Origin: Promethearchaeota archaeon
GTDB taxonomy: Archaea; Asgardarchaeota; Lokiarchaeia; Sigyniarchaeales; SOKP01
Direction of reading: 5' to 3'
Length of the DNA stretch: 64,000 nucleotides
Assembly: GCA_019894975.1 (NCBI GenBank)
Contig: JAGXNO010000002.1
Location: forward strand, 1 to 64,000
This document shows positions 51,276 to 61,558 of the stretch, piece by piece. The notes beneath the pieces were generated by a model. It saw only the letters and a list, made by a program, of their open reading frames with translations, made no database searches and was not told the origin of the DNA. The position numbers and the translations under genes are program-made. Within the stretch, counting starts at the first letter, position 1. Each line of letters starts with the position of its first letter.

Positions 51276-51716
51276 ATGGGAAAACGCAAGAAGGTAGACA
51301 TTAAAAAAAGAAGGCAAAAGTTAATTAAGGAGAAAAAGAAAGAACAGCAAAAAAAATCAGTTAAAGTAGAAAAGAAGTCAACTAAAGAATTAGATATTCG
51401 ATTAGAAAAAGAAACTAAACTATATTGGATACGTGCTATAACTGGTTTCTCAAGTGCGATTATCGGAAGATTATTATTTGGATTAATTGGATGGTTCTTA
51501 TTTTTATGGATGTTAACTTGGTGGTTCGTCTTCCCTTTTGTCGTGAACTTTTTTATTTTTAAGTATGATTTTGTTAAAGAAGAATGGACATGGAAAAATG
51601 TTATTTTACCAGGAATCGGTATATTTTTCTTCTTGTTTATGATCGGAGGTGTTTTTCTTCACACACTTCTCTTTTTTATTCCTGATTTTTCCTCAATTCT
51701 TGAAGTTTTTCTTTAA
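51276..51716 (+). CDS. Three-TM membrane protein, EMC6/Rab5IF-like
   Basis: LYWIRAITG..IIG and C-terminal G..FFLF....HTL pattern. Confidence 0.55.
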   Translation: MGKRKKVDIKKRRQKLIKEKKKEQQKKSVKVEKKSTKELDIRLEKETKLYWIRAITGFSSAIIGRLLFGLIGWFLFLWMLTWWFVFPFVVNFFIFKYDFVKEEWTWKNVILPGIGIFFFLFMIGGVFLHTLLFFIPDFSSILEVFL

Positions 51717-51733
51717 ACATATTTCATTTTAAC

Positions 51734-52258
51734 TTACAATCGAATTCTTTGCTTCAGTATTTTTTCCTTTTTCTCCTTAGAAGTAAATACAATCTCTTCT
51801 AATTTATAAATCCGTTCACAATAGATACACTGTATCTTTAAAGGTTTTTCTTCAAGGACTGTGAATTCACTTGCTATTGGTTCTTTTTCTGAATTTGAAA
51901 TGCATGTTTGATTAACACAGAGGATCAGTTTTTTTATAATTTTTGGAAGTTTCACTTTCTTCTTTTCAATTACTTTAAAATTCTCAATTAGAGAGATATT
52001 TGCGTTTGGGGAAAGTATCGAAATTTGTTGCATTTGTGTCTCATTTAAAAAGACATTTTCAATTTTGATTATATCTTTTGTCTTATATTTTTTGGAAGAG
52101 ACATTAACACCAATTGTAATTAAATTTTTAGACTCATCAAGACCAGTAAGGTTAAGAATAGTTAGAGCATACCCAGCATCGATATGATCAATGACAGTTC
52201 CCTTTGAAATTTTATCGATTTTTAATTTTTCTTCCATCATTTTCATTAATAAAATCAC
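51734..52258 (-). CDS. pyrI: Aspartate carbamoyltransferase regulatory chain
   Basis: ISKGTVIDHIDAG, KDIIKIEN, CVNQTCIS..CIYCE. Confidence 0.96.
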   Translation of the reverse strand: MILLMKMMEEKLKIDKISKGTVIDHIDAGYALTILNLTGLDESKNLITIGVNVSSKKYKTKDIIKIENVFLNETQMQQISILSPNANISLIENFKVIEKKKVKLPKIIKKLILCVNQTCISNSEKEPIASEFTVLEEKPLKIQCIYCERIYKLEEIVFTSKEKKEKILKQRIRL

Positions 52259-52293
52259 CTTAATTGAAAAAAGTTTTGATATATTTCATCTAT

Positions 52294-53361
52294 TTAAAAG
52301 AGAAGGATCGAGCTAAAAAATAACACAGTTGAAACAATGAAGTTAAAAGATAAATTATCGTCAATTTCTAGATCTAAATAATCAATAATGCCAATAACTA
52401 ACGCTCCTAGAACTGGCATTAAAATCAATCCAAAATGTTTTGGTATGTAAAATCCTCTCAGTGTCAATAACACAACTACTCCTGAGATGAAGGCAACAAT
52501 AACTCCCGCAAATAATCCTTCATAAGTTTTATTTGTATCACGGATTTTTCTTTTCCCGAATGTTCGACCAAATAGATTCGAAGCTGTGTCTCCAATTACG
52601 CCCATAGCCATTGAAGTACAGATTATTAAAGGACCAATTGGTTGAATAAGGCCATACAAAAGAATTATGGAAAAACAACCAATACTCATAGAAATATGGG
52701 GGCCTAACCTCATATGCAATTCCTTTTCTTTTAGTATTTGATTTACAGCTTTTAAAGGATAATATTTTGGTATTAAAATTTTTGTAAAATCAGCAGTTAA
52801 TAATCCTATTAAAGAAACCCCAACTAAGAAAACTACCAAGTTTTGAGTAAAAATCATAATATCATCACCCAATTCAAACATTTCAACAAAGAAGTTTGGC
52901 AAAAATTCTGAGAGATATCTAAAAACATTTTGAACCAGAAAACCTAGCGTGAAATAGAAAAATATAATACCTAATACCACTAAGTGAGTTAATTTTCGAT
53001 ATATATCGTATTTCAATGGTAAAATTTTCAACCTCGATTTGATTTCTTCAAGATTTTTTTTACCCCTTTCAATTTTTCTCTTTTCTCTGATTACTAAAAT
53101 AAAAAAAAGGGGGATAAAAAAAATAATAAAAAGGAGAAATAAAACATCAAAAGGAAATGCAATAAAACGAGTATTTTTTGGATTTATAATATGGATAATA
53201 GACAAATTAATCGTAATCGAAGATATAAATATAATTGAGTTTGCAAGATTGTTTATGAAAGCTCTTTTCTCGCTTTTCTGTTTTGCTAAGTAAGTAATAT
53301 AAAAAAGAATAAAGCTAAAAAAATATAAGAAGCAAACAATAAAAAATGAAAGGGGGTTCAA
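52294..53361 (-). CDS. CTP-dependent polyprenol/diacylglycerol kinase family membrane protein
   Basis: RKLTHL, GDTASNLFGRTFG, KTYEG, DDNL. Confidence 0.85.
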   Translation of the reverse strand: MNPLSFFIVCFLYFFSFILFYITYLAKQKSEKRAFINNLANSIIFISSITINLSIIHIINPKNTRFIAFPFDVLFLLFIIFFIPLFFILVIREKRKIERGKKNLEEIKSRLKILPLKYDIYRKLTHLVVLGIIFFYFTLGFLVQNVFRYLSEFLPNFFVEMFELGDDIMIFTQNLVVFLVGVSLIGLLTADFTKILIPKYYPLKAVNQILKEKELHMRLGPHISMSIGCFSIILLYGLIQPIGPLIICTSMAMGVIGDTASNLFGRTFGKRKIRDTNKTYEGLFAGVIVAFISGVVVLLTLRGFYIPKHFGLILMPVLGALVIGIIDYLDLEIDDNLSFNFIVSTVLFFSSILLF

Positions 53362-53436
53362 TAATTACCAATCTCTTGAAAGTTTAATATTTAAAGTATC
53401 CCTAAATTTTAAGATTTTCTCTAAATCAATTAAAAG

Positions 53437-53452
53437 AAAAAAAAAAAAAAAA
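53437..53452 (-). terminator. Oligo-U terminator of trpB2
   Basis: T16 run on minus strand about 15 nt after the stop codon. Confidence 0.65.
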
Positions 53453-53466
53453 GAATTTATTATAAT

Positions 53467-54882
53467 TTAAAATTGAGATTCATCAATTTTTGGCATTTCC
53501 TCTGAAGCTAAAGCCCTTTGGATTTCTTCTGTCGGTAATTCGTAGTTTTCTAAATCGCCGGTCATGTAATTTTTATAAGCTAATAAATCAAAGAATCCAT
53601 GACCGCTAAAATTGAACAGAATTACTTTCTTTTCTTTCTCTTCCTTAGCTTTTAAAGCTTGATCGATAGCTTCCTTAATTGCATGGGTTGTTTCGGGAGC
53701 AGGAAGGATTCCTTCTGCTTTTGCAAATTGTAATCCTGCACCTATAGCCTCATTTTGATGATGCATTTCTGCTGAAATTACTTTATTGTTGTACAATATT
53801 GAAACAATAGGAGCAATCCCATGGTATCTCAATCCACCTGCATGAATCGGACTCGGAATAAAAGTGTGACCTAACGTATGCATTTTTACGATCGGACCTT
53901 TCATTGAAGTATCCCCAAAATCCCATCGATATTCACCTTTACAAACGCTAGGGCAAGCCCGCGGCTCTACTCCTATTATTTCCACTTCTGAATTAATTCC
54001 ATTTAATTTATCTTTAGCGAATGGAATCATCAAACCAGCGAAGTTAGATCCACCTCCCATGCATCCAATAACAACATCAGGATTCTTGATCCCAACCTTT
54101 TCTAATTGGAGCTTTGCTTCTTGTCCAATAATTGTTTGATGTAGAAGTACAAAATTCACAACGCTTCCTAAAGAATATCTAATTTTATCGCTCCTTAAAC
54201 TGTGTTCTAGTGCTTCAGAAATTGCAATTCCAAGACTACCAGGATGATCAGGATCTTTGGCTATAAAAGCTTTTCCTGATTCCGTAAGATTCGAAGGGCT
54301 AGCATGAACTTCGGCATCATAAGACCTCATTAAAATTTTCCTACCAGGCTTTTGAATAAAACTAGCTCTTACCATATAAACTGTGCATTTTATGTCAAAT
54401 AAGTTACATCCATACGCCAAACCTGAACCCCATTGACCCGCTCCAGTTTCTGTAACTAACTCTTCTAAACCGTCCTTCTTAGCATAATAGGCTTGAGCGA
54501 TGGCAGTATTAGGTTTATGTGATCCCGTAGGAGATACTGACTCATTTTTATAGAAAATTTTTATATCATCTCCTTCTATTCCTAACTCTTTTTCCAGACC
54601 TAAAGCGCGATGGAGCGGAGTTGGTCTATAGGTGCTAACCAAAATCTCTCTTACCTTATTTGGAATGGGTATTGTTTCTTCTTGAGATACTTCTTGTAAA
54701 ACACATTCTTTGGGAAAAATCGCGAAAGCCATCTCTGGAGGAGCCGGCTTTCCATCCATAGGATTGACCAAAGGAGTCATAGGAGTAGGTAAATCCGGTA
54801 CTATATTTACCCATTCCTTAGGTACTTCATTTGGCTCTAAAAATATCCGTGCTTTGAAATAATCTACCATTTTCTTTACCAC
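53467..54882 (-). CDS. trpB2: Tryptophan synthase beta chain 2 (TrpB2); start may be ATG 54870
   Basis: RPTPL, TGSHKPNTA (PLP Lys), TETGAGQWG, GGGSN, HAGGLRYHG, SGHG. Confidence 0.96.
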   Translation of the reverse strand: MVKKMVDYFKARIFLEPNEVPKEWVNIVPDLPTPMTPLVNPMDGKPAPPEMAFAIFPKECVLQEVSQEETIPIPNKVREILVSTYRPTPLHRALGLEKELGIEGDDIKIFYKNESVSPTGSHKPNTAIAQAYYAKKDGLEELVTETGAGQWGSGLAYGCNLFDIKCTVYMVRASFIQKPGRKILMRSYDAEVHASPSNLTESGKAFIAKDPDHPGSLGIAISEALEHSLRSDKIRYSLGSVVNFVLLHQTIIGQEAKLQLEKVGIKNPDVVIGCMGGGSNFAGLMIPFAKDKLNGINSEVEIIGVEPRACPSVCKGEYRWDFGDTSMKGPIVKMHTLGHTFIPSPIHAGGLRYHGIAPIVSILYNNKVISAEMHHQNEAIGAGLQFAKAEGILPAPETTHAIKEAIDQALKAKEEKEKKVILFNFSGHGFFDLLAYKNYMTGDLENYELPTEEIQRALASEEMPKIDESQF

Positions 54883-55045
54883 ATAAATTTATTTTCATAC
54901 ATTAAATGTGTATCGTTAAAATATTGGAATTCAACAGTTTAATGCACACCAAAAGCATCGATTTAGTCTTGAAAAAAACTAAAGTATGAGAAATAGTATG
55001 TTTTAATTAAATTTCATCCAATGTGAGGGCGTTATCGTGAACGCC
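54883..55045 (-). promoter_or_regulatory. Putative attenuator region of trpB2
   Basis: GGCGTT/AACGCC hairpin (55028-55045); U7 tract (54972-54978) within the TTTAGT..ACTAAA inverted repeat. Confidence 0.6.
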
Positions 55046-55088
55046 AAGGCCACTGCCAGCACCAATTTAGGTTTGAAGCTAGTGTCAT
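55032..55088 (-). CDS. Trp-rich leader peptide MTLASNLNWCWQWPWRSR (TrpL-like)
   Basis: ATG at 55088, four TGG codons in seven positions, TAA at 55032-55034; directly upstream of and co-oriented with trpB2. Confidence 0.85.
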   Translation of the reverse strand: MTLASNLNWCWQWPWRSR

Positions 55089-55263
55089 GATTAATAATTG
55101 AATGAATAATTTAATATATTGATAATTTTATAGTTCGTTTAAAAAGTTAACTTTTTCTTGCTGACAATTACGTGATATTAGGTTTTAAGTACAAAAAGAT
55201 TTACAGAATTGTCAAAAGAACTACAAAATGTAATTAAATTTGAATAGGTTGTGATTTACATCT

Positions 55264-55668
55264 TTATCTATCTTCGAAGACTTTATAAAGGTTTTTGGCA
55301 GCAATACGCATAACCTTCACGGTCTTCATTAATGTGTCTATAACCGTTCCGGCGCAAACGATCACTAATCGGCCAGCATTTGTAATGATTATGTAGCCAT
55401 TTTCTGCTCTTACAATTACTTCACTTAAATCTTCTTGGAATAATGTTTGGATTGTTGATCTTCCCGTCATCAATAATGCACTAGCAAGTCCACAGAATTG
55501 ATCTCCATCAACATTATATTGGGGAAGAGCTGAAAATGCTATTTGATAACCTTCAGAACTTACAAGCGCAATAGCTTCTATATCTGCATTAGAAGTAATA
55601 AAAGTAATTTGAGGACTAATTTTCTCTATATCTTCTTGATTTATGCCTAAATCGGAACCAAACTGTAT
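55264..55668 (-). CDS. Roadblock/LC7 domain protein; probable ATA start at 55668
   Basis: DIEAIALVSSEGYQIA..LASALL..EVIVRAENGYIII; SD AGGTG 7 nt before ATA; the longer ORF-track N-terminus is low-complexity AT-rich. Confidence 0.85.
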   Translation of the reverse strand: MQFGSDLGINQEDIEKISPQITFITSNADIEAIALVSSEGYQIAFSALPQYNVDGDQFCGLASALLMTGRSTIQTLFQEDLSEVIVRAENGYIIITNAGRLVIVCAGTVIDTLMKTVKVMRIAAKNLYKVFEDR

Positions 55669-55935
55669 GGGTAAACACCTTAAATGCTTAAAGGAATATG
55701 TATCGAATGTTATAATTATAATAATAATATTTCTTATTATATTTTTATATTTTAATTTGGAGAGAGATTTTAGATTGTAACTTTTCCAGTTAGTCAATCT
55801 ATAAACTAATTAAAAATAAATTATAACAATTTTTTGACTTAAGACAATTTATAAATTTTTTAGGAAGAATTGTGCAAAAAGAATTAATACTAAAATTTTA
55901 TTAATTAAACAATTAAGATTTGTATTTATTATACC

Positions 55936-58236
55936 ATGATAACTACACGGGAATCAATTAATTATCAATTTTCTTTAATTTTTGGATATTCATCTCCAAA
56001 CGATATCATTACTGGGGATGTCATTGGTCCTGGAAGATTGACAAGAAAAAAGGTAAACGAGCTCTCAAGAGAGATAATACAATTTTTAACAATGTATAAT
56101 GCAATATTGAGAGATTATACTGGATCAGAAGTGTTCAGCATTGAATTTAATTTACATAATCTAGATGAACAAAGTGCTAAAACAAATATTTACCCTAAAT
56201 CTATGATATTTTTACCTGGAAGGTTTAAAGATTGTGAAAATTTGCTTCTTGCTTTAAAACCAGAAACAGGATATTTGGATGTTCATAAAACAAGGAATTC
56301 AGTAAACGATATATGTAAGTTATTTTATGAGGTTGAGGAATTTGCTGACAGATCAGAGCTTAAAATAGAAAATAAACAACTCCTTTATGATAAATTTGCT
56401 TCAAGGTTTAGTAAAAAATTATTTGGGGATCTTATTGAAAATAAATGGAATAAGAAGTTAATCGGTCTAAGCGCATCTCTCCCAACAGAAAAAGAAATGT
56501 TAAATGTATATGCAAAAATTATATCTAATGTTGAGATTTTATGGAATAAAACACCAATCGAAATTAATTTATTAGATTCCAAATTCGAAAAGATTAAAAC
56601 TCCATTCGAGGGACAACAAGCACTAGAACATCTCAAATACTCAATATCTGAACCAAGTGCCAATTTTGTTATCGATAAAACCTTAAATCTAGGAACAAGC
56701 CTTATTAATTTAGCAAATTTAGGAACTTTAGATGAATTCCAAGATGATATAGTAAACTTCTTGATCTTTCGTATCAAGGAAGAAATTGAGGATATATCAG
56801 AAATACACACAGGAGAATGGTTGGTTGCTAAATTTAATAAGATTTTACTTAGTTTAGAGGTTTATATAAATAAATTCCTTGAGTATTCAAATACTTTTCT
56901 CACCTCGGGGGAAATTGGTGAACTATCTGAGTTATTAGAAAGATACAAGCAATTCATCGTAAACAAAGGCAGACTAGAAAATGTGGATTTTGCTGAGATT
57001 TGTAATTATGTTATTAAATTTATCAACCGATCAATTATCCAGAAGGAGACATTGAGATCAATAGAATTGAGTTCTGTATTTAATTATTTCTCAGAAATTA
57101 ATAGAAAAAGTATAGCTCTGATCAGAACTTCTCTTCCAAACTATCTTTCTCGTCGTCGCTTGAAAACACTGACAAACGAATTAATTGAAAATCTTAAACA
57201 AAAATTTAACAAAGAACAAAAACCCGCTAAAATTTTAGGTATTAATCTACTAAATAAATTTCAAGATTATTTAATTAATCAAATTGAAATTGAATCAATC
57301 ACTTTAACAAAAAATCTTCTATTTGATGAGAAGAAACTCATTAATAATTTTATCAAATTAGTTTCCAATAATCTTGAAACATTTTTTGATAAAATTAATT
57401 TGAAAATAGAAGATTTAGTTTCATTTGCTGAAACCCAAATGGAAAGTAATACAAATGTGATTAACTCCCATTTAGAGAAATTTAAAAGATTTTCAAATGA
57501 ATTAAATTATTTATTAAGCTATATATTAAGACATTCCACAATCAATCGTTATATCAAAGAAGAATTTAGCAATGAGACAATAGATCCTGTTAGTTTTGCA
57601 AATAAATTTCATCGTTTCTTGGAAAAAAGGATTGGTGGGATTAATTTAGCCTGGAGTTCTTATGTTCTTGATTGGATAATAGATTATTCTAAAAAATTTC
57701 TAAAAATTGAAAATAAGAAAGATTGGACTTTAAATGAAATTTATTTCGACTTTTTAGAATATCTGGAAAATCGGGAACAAAAAGAACAGAAATTAGAGAA
57801 TTTCTTACAGTTCTTAGATTCTTATATCTCAAAAATAGCCAATGTTGAGGAAAAAAATAATCTTTTTGAGTTTTATAAGCAATATGAATTTAGCATTGGG
57901 ATTAATGAAGAATTTCCAAAATATGTTAAAAATAAAGTAATGAATGAACTTACACTAAAAATCCTTCAACAAGAAGAACTACCTCCTATTGAATTTTTTA
58001 AAATTGGGGGTGAAGAAGCATTTTATAAGCATATTAAGAACATGGATCTGAAATACTTCTCAAAACTTATTCCACAACCACTTACATTGATCTTAAAGCA
58101 TAATTTAACAGAGCAAGAAAAGGATTTATTCAAGGGAGAGCTTTTTCATGTTATAAATTTTAAATTTTGGCATAATAACGTAAGATTTGAACTATCAGAC
58201 AATTTTAAAGAAGTATATAGAGAATGGATGAAATAA
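55936..58236 (+). CDS. Large hypothetical, mostly helical protein
   Basis: 766-aa ORF, no recognised motif. Confidence 0.75.
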   Translation: MITTRESINYQFSLIFGYSSPNDIITGDVIGPGRLTRKKVNELSREIIQFLTMYNAILRDYTGSEVFSIEFNLHNLDEQSAKTNIYPKSMIFLPGRFKDCENLLLALKPETGYLDVHKTRNSVNDICKLFYEVEEFADRSELKIENKQLLYDKFASRFSKKLFGDLIENKWNKKLIGLSASLPTEKEMLNVYAKIISNVEILWNKTPIEINLLDSKFEKIKTPFEGQQALEHLKYSISEPSANFVIDKTLNLGTSLINLANLGTLDEFQDDIVNFLIFRIKEEIEDISEIHTGEWLVAKFNKILLSLEVYINKFLEYSNTFLTSGEIGELSELLERYKQFIVNKGRLENVDFAEICNYVIKFINRSIIQKETLRSIELSSVFNYFSEINRKSIALIRTSLPNYLSRRRLKTLTNELIENLKQKFNKEQKPAKILGINLLNKFQDYLINQIEIESITLTKNLLFDEKKLINNFIKLVSNNLETFFDKINLKIEDLVSFAETQMESNTNVINSHLEKFKRFSNELNYLLSYILRHSTINRYIKEEFSNETIDPVSFANKFHRFLEKRIGGINLAWSSYVLDWIIDYSKKFLKIENKKDWTLNEIYFDFLEYLENREQKEQKLENFLQFLDSYISKIANVEEKNNLFEFYKQYEFSIGINEEFPKYVKNKVMNELTLKILQQEELPPIEFFKIGGEEAFYKHIKNMDLKYFSKLIPQPLTLILKHNLTEQEKDLFKGELFHVINFKFWHNNVRFELSDNFKEVYREWMK

Positions 58237-60443
58237 CTATGATAAGTGGAATAAAGAGAAAGACAACCGCGATTGAAAGTACTTTTAGATTTTTCCAAAC
58301 CGTTGATTTAATAATTTCACACTTCAAAAGAGAAGCAGATAAGATCAAAATCTTTGAATTAACCAGTAAGGACACAACATTTAAAGATCTATTAATTGCA
58401 ACTGCAACTATTCATATTTATCATAATTTAGGAGTAAAAGTACAAAATACTATAGATTCTAACAAATTTACTTTTGATTCTACTAAAAACCTAGAAGTTT
58501 CTGAAAAAGCGATTCTAACAGAAGAATTAGGCTCCTTATTAAAAAATTCATTTTTATTAGAAGCAAGTTTACTTAAAAAGGAAATTGATTTAGAAAACAA
58601 GTTCATATCATTTCTAATTGAAGTTAGAAAGGAAGATCTTCAAGAAATTCAAAGGGATAAAATGATTAAGGAGATTGAAACTCAAATTGAACAAGAACTA
58701 CAGGAAATAATCCGAAATTATCCTTCCTTTTATTTTTATGATTTAATAGGGGATTTAATTGGCCTCAATAATGAAATCAAGTTAGATATCTTAGAAGAAA
58801 GCTCTGCTTTTAAAGAGGTCTCTGTTGATATAGAAAAGAAGTTAAAACTAGAAGAAAAGGAAGATAAATTTATCGAATTAGCAACGTTAGATCGAATGAT
58901 TAATAAAATTCGTAATGATTTTGAATTTAAATCTTATAAAGAATTACAAGTTGAAGCTATGCCTGTAAGAATGATAAAAAGGAGAGTTGTGGATTTTAAT
59001 TTCGAATGTTTCCCCATTTCTATCCCAGGATTAAGCACTTTTGAAAAGGCTAATAACATTAAAAAGGAAATAATTGATAAAATTGAAGAAGCGCTTTATC
59101 AAAAAATCAATTATGAACAGTTTGAAAATGAACTCCTACTTTACTTAAAATCAGAATTGATTAAGAAATTGAAAGAGAATCCAAATGATTTTATTTACTA
59201 CTTGCAGTGCTTAAACGAATCTAGTTTTGATGAGATTATATACAATTTGAATAAATATGGTGTGAATAATATTCTTCATCTCTCAAATTTAGATTATGAA
59301 GTATCCGAGGAAGTAAAAAGAAATATGATAAGATATAATATAAAAAAGGTTGACATTACAGCACTTAATGATCTAAAAAGCAATCAAGGATACTCTAAAA
59401 AGAAGCAAATCATTGATAAAGTGTTTTTAAACGAATTGAAGTTAAAAAATTATTCTCACATTTTGTTTATATTAGATTTTGAAGATATTCTCAACAAAAT
59501 AGTAAAAGATATTTTCTTCTATATTTTATCAAAGTTTTTAAGACAGCTTAGTAGAATAATTGAATTGTATTCTAAAGTATCAAATGATAGATCATTACTA
59601 CTATTAGCATTGAAAAAAATAGATGGTACAATGGATTCAGAAGAATGGGTAAGAATTAAGTTAGAAGAATTAATAATCAAACGATTGAACAAAAGACAAG
59701 AAGAACTCGTAATTGTTTTGAATGCATCCAACCAACCTTTTCTAGTCAACGGTTTTATCTTAGCTCGATTAACTGAAAATTCTCTAAAAGATGGTATTTT
59801 TCAGTTAAAAAATAATGATAGTATGGTCTATGAAAATATTGCATCGTTAACACTAAAATCTGATTTGATATCCCCAATTTCTTATTGCATCGGTTATGAT
59901 ATAGTCAAAAGACTCGAAAAAATTGAACATGATCGTAAAGAGGATGTAACGCAAAAGATCGAAGCAAAAGAAAAGGAGAAACAAGTACAAGCTAAAAAAA
60001 TAAGAGAAAAACAAGAATTGAGTACTTTAAATTGGATTGAAAGGAGAATAACAAGTTCTCTTATGAGGATCAACAGTCCTGGAATCAACCCAAATCAATT
60101 ATACTGGCAGGAAAAAGACTCTAAAACAGCTACCGAGAATATTAAGCTTCATAGTGAATTAAAGGGGGATTCTATAGATTTGATCTGTCAATTTTTTAAT
60201 TTTGCAGTTGAGAAAATTAAATCGTTTGATCCCAAAATAAACCTACCAACTGTAGAAAACATTAGAAGAGAGGTTAGTGAAATAAGTGCAAATGTGCTGA
60301 GTAAGAGAGTCAATGATCCCAAGTCTCTCAAAGATAAACCAGATCTACTTGATGGTGAAAGATATGAGATTTCTTCTAATATTGCTAAAAAGATTGGGAA
60401 ATTATTAGATAAAGCACTTTACTCTAAATTTAAAAAAAAATAA
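58224..60443 (+). CDS. Large hypothetical helical/coiled-coil protein
   Basis: 739-aa ORF overlapping the previous gene by 13 nt. Confidence 0.75.
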   Translation: MDEITMISGIKRKTTAIESTFRFFQTVDLIISHFKREADKIKIFELTSKDTTFKDLLIATATIHIYHNLGVKVQNTIDSNKFTFDSTKNLEVSEKAILTEELGSLLKNSFLLEASLLKKEIDLENKFISFLIEVRKEDLQEIQRDKMIKEIETQIEQELQEIIRNYPSFYFYDLIGDLIGLNNEIKLDILEESSAFKEVSVDIEKKLKLEEKEDKFIELATLDRMINKIRNDFEFKSYKELQVEAMPVRMIKRRVVDFNFECFPISIPGLSTFEKANNIKKEIIDKIEEALYQKINYEQFENELLLYLKSELIKKLKENPNDFIYYLQCLNESSFDEIIYNLNKYGVNNILHLSNLDYEVSEEVKRNMIRYNIKKVDITALNDLKSNQGYSKKKQIIDKVFLNELKLKNYSHILFILDFEDILNKIVKDIFFYILSKFLRQLSRIIELYSKVSNDRSLLLLALKKIDGTMDSEEWVRIKLEELIIKRLNKRQEELVIVLNASNQPFLVNGFILARLTENSLKDGIFQLKNNDSMVYENIASLTLKSDLISPISYCIGYDIVKRLEKIEHDRKEDVTQKIEAKEKEKQVQAKKIREKQELSTLNWIERRITSSLMRINSPGINPNQLYWQEKDSKTATENIKLHSELKGDSIDLICQFFNFAVEKIKSFDPKINLPTVENIRREVSEISANVLSKRVNDPKSLKDKPDLLDGERYEISSNIAKKIGKLLDKALYSKFKKK

Positions 60444-60551
60444 TCATTTTAAAAATAACTCACAGAGCATTATCTTTAAAATGAAAAAGATATTAAAATA
60501 TTCTTTAATTAATTTATTTAAAAGATTTTTAGAAAACAACGTTTACTTCTT

Positions 60552-60824
60552 ATGCCTTCAATATTCTCTTGGATAAAGAAAGAATTTTCCTATATTAAAA
60601 AATCATTTATGGATATTATTAGAGGTTTAATCCTTTTCATTTTAGCATCATCTGGCCTTAGTATTGCGATTTTATTAAGATATTTTGATTATAACGGAAC
60701 TGTGATTACTTTCTTTGGGCTGATTGTAGAATTCATTGCTCTTCTTTTATGCTACCTATTATTAAGAGGATATCTAAAGTCTAAAGAAGAACAGGATACT
60801 TCTAAACCAAAAGAAAAGAAATAG
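60552..60824 (+). CDS. Small two-TM membrane protein
   Basis: Two hydrophobic helices, basic tail. Confidence 0.65.
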   Translation: MPSIFSWIKKEFSYIKKSFMDIIRGLILFILASSGLSIAILLRYFDYNGTVITFFGLIVEFIALLLCYLLLRGYLKSKEEQDTSKPKEKK

Positions 60825-60835
60825 TGGAAATTTTC

Positions 60836-61558
60836 TTAGAAGTATTTTTCCCATGGTCTATAATCTATTTGATGAGAAATCAAATATTCCTTGATGTCTG
60901 AAATAAGAATACTCGGATCATATTCCCAAGCTTCCTCTTTATTGAAAGAAATGCATGTAATTCTTTTTAAATCCAATTTAGATCTTAATAGGTATCCATA
61001 CATTGCTACTTGTGGTAATGAGATTAAAAAATTACCCTCAGGTTTATAATCTATGACTTTAACTAAATCATCCTGAACTTGAAGTAGATCGATATGTCCT
61101 GTTATGACTTTACCATCAGCTTCATTCCAAATTGGGACTTCAATTGCTATTGAATCTTTGTCTTTAATAAGAATATTCTTTAGAATTGGATCATGTCCTG
61201 GTGTTTTTTCTTTTTGTTCCGTTTTATAAGTATCAATAACTTTCTGAGCATATCGAGGCAATTTTGAATCAGAATCATGATATCGAATTATCCCTGATCT
61301 AATCAATTTCTTGCTGAAACTTCTAATGAAAGCAGTTTTGATACCTTTAATTTTAAATTGTGATACTCTAGGAAGATTTCGAGAATTGAATAAATTGTTC
61401 GGAATTACTCCTTCGTAAACAACTTTGAAATGATGTTTAAGGTTATTTAATTCTATTTGATTTGCGGCGATTTGAGAATATTTTTCTCTATGATGTTCTT
61501 TATTCCAATTAAATGCATATGGAATATTTTGGTGTATGTAAATCTTTTTTTTGAGCAA
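60836..61558 (-). CDS. PD-(D/E)XK nuclease family protein
   Basis: IEVPI, TGHIDLL, VIDYKP, QVAMY. Confidence 0.85.
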   Translation of the reverse strand: MLKKKIYIHQNIPYAFNWNKEHHREKYSQIAANQIELNNLKHHFKVVYEGVIPNNLFNSRNLPRVSQFKIKGIKTAFIRSFSKKLIRSGIIRYHDSDSKLPRYAQKVIDTYKTEQKEKTPGHDPILKNILIKDKDSIAIEVPIWNEADGKVITGHIDLLQVQDDLVKVIDYKPEGNFLISLPQVAMYGYLLRSKLDLKRITCISFNKEEAWEYDPSILISDIKEYLISHQIDYRPWEKYF

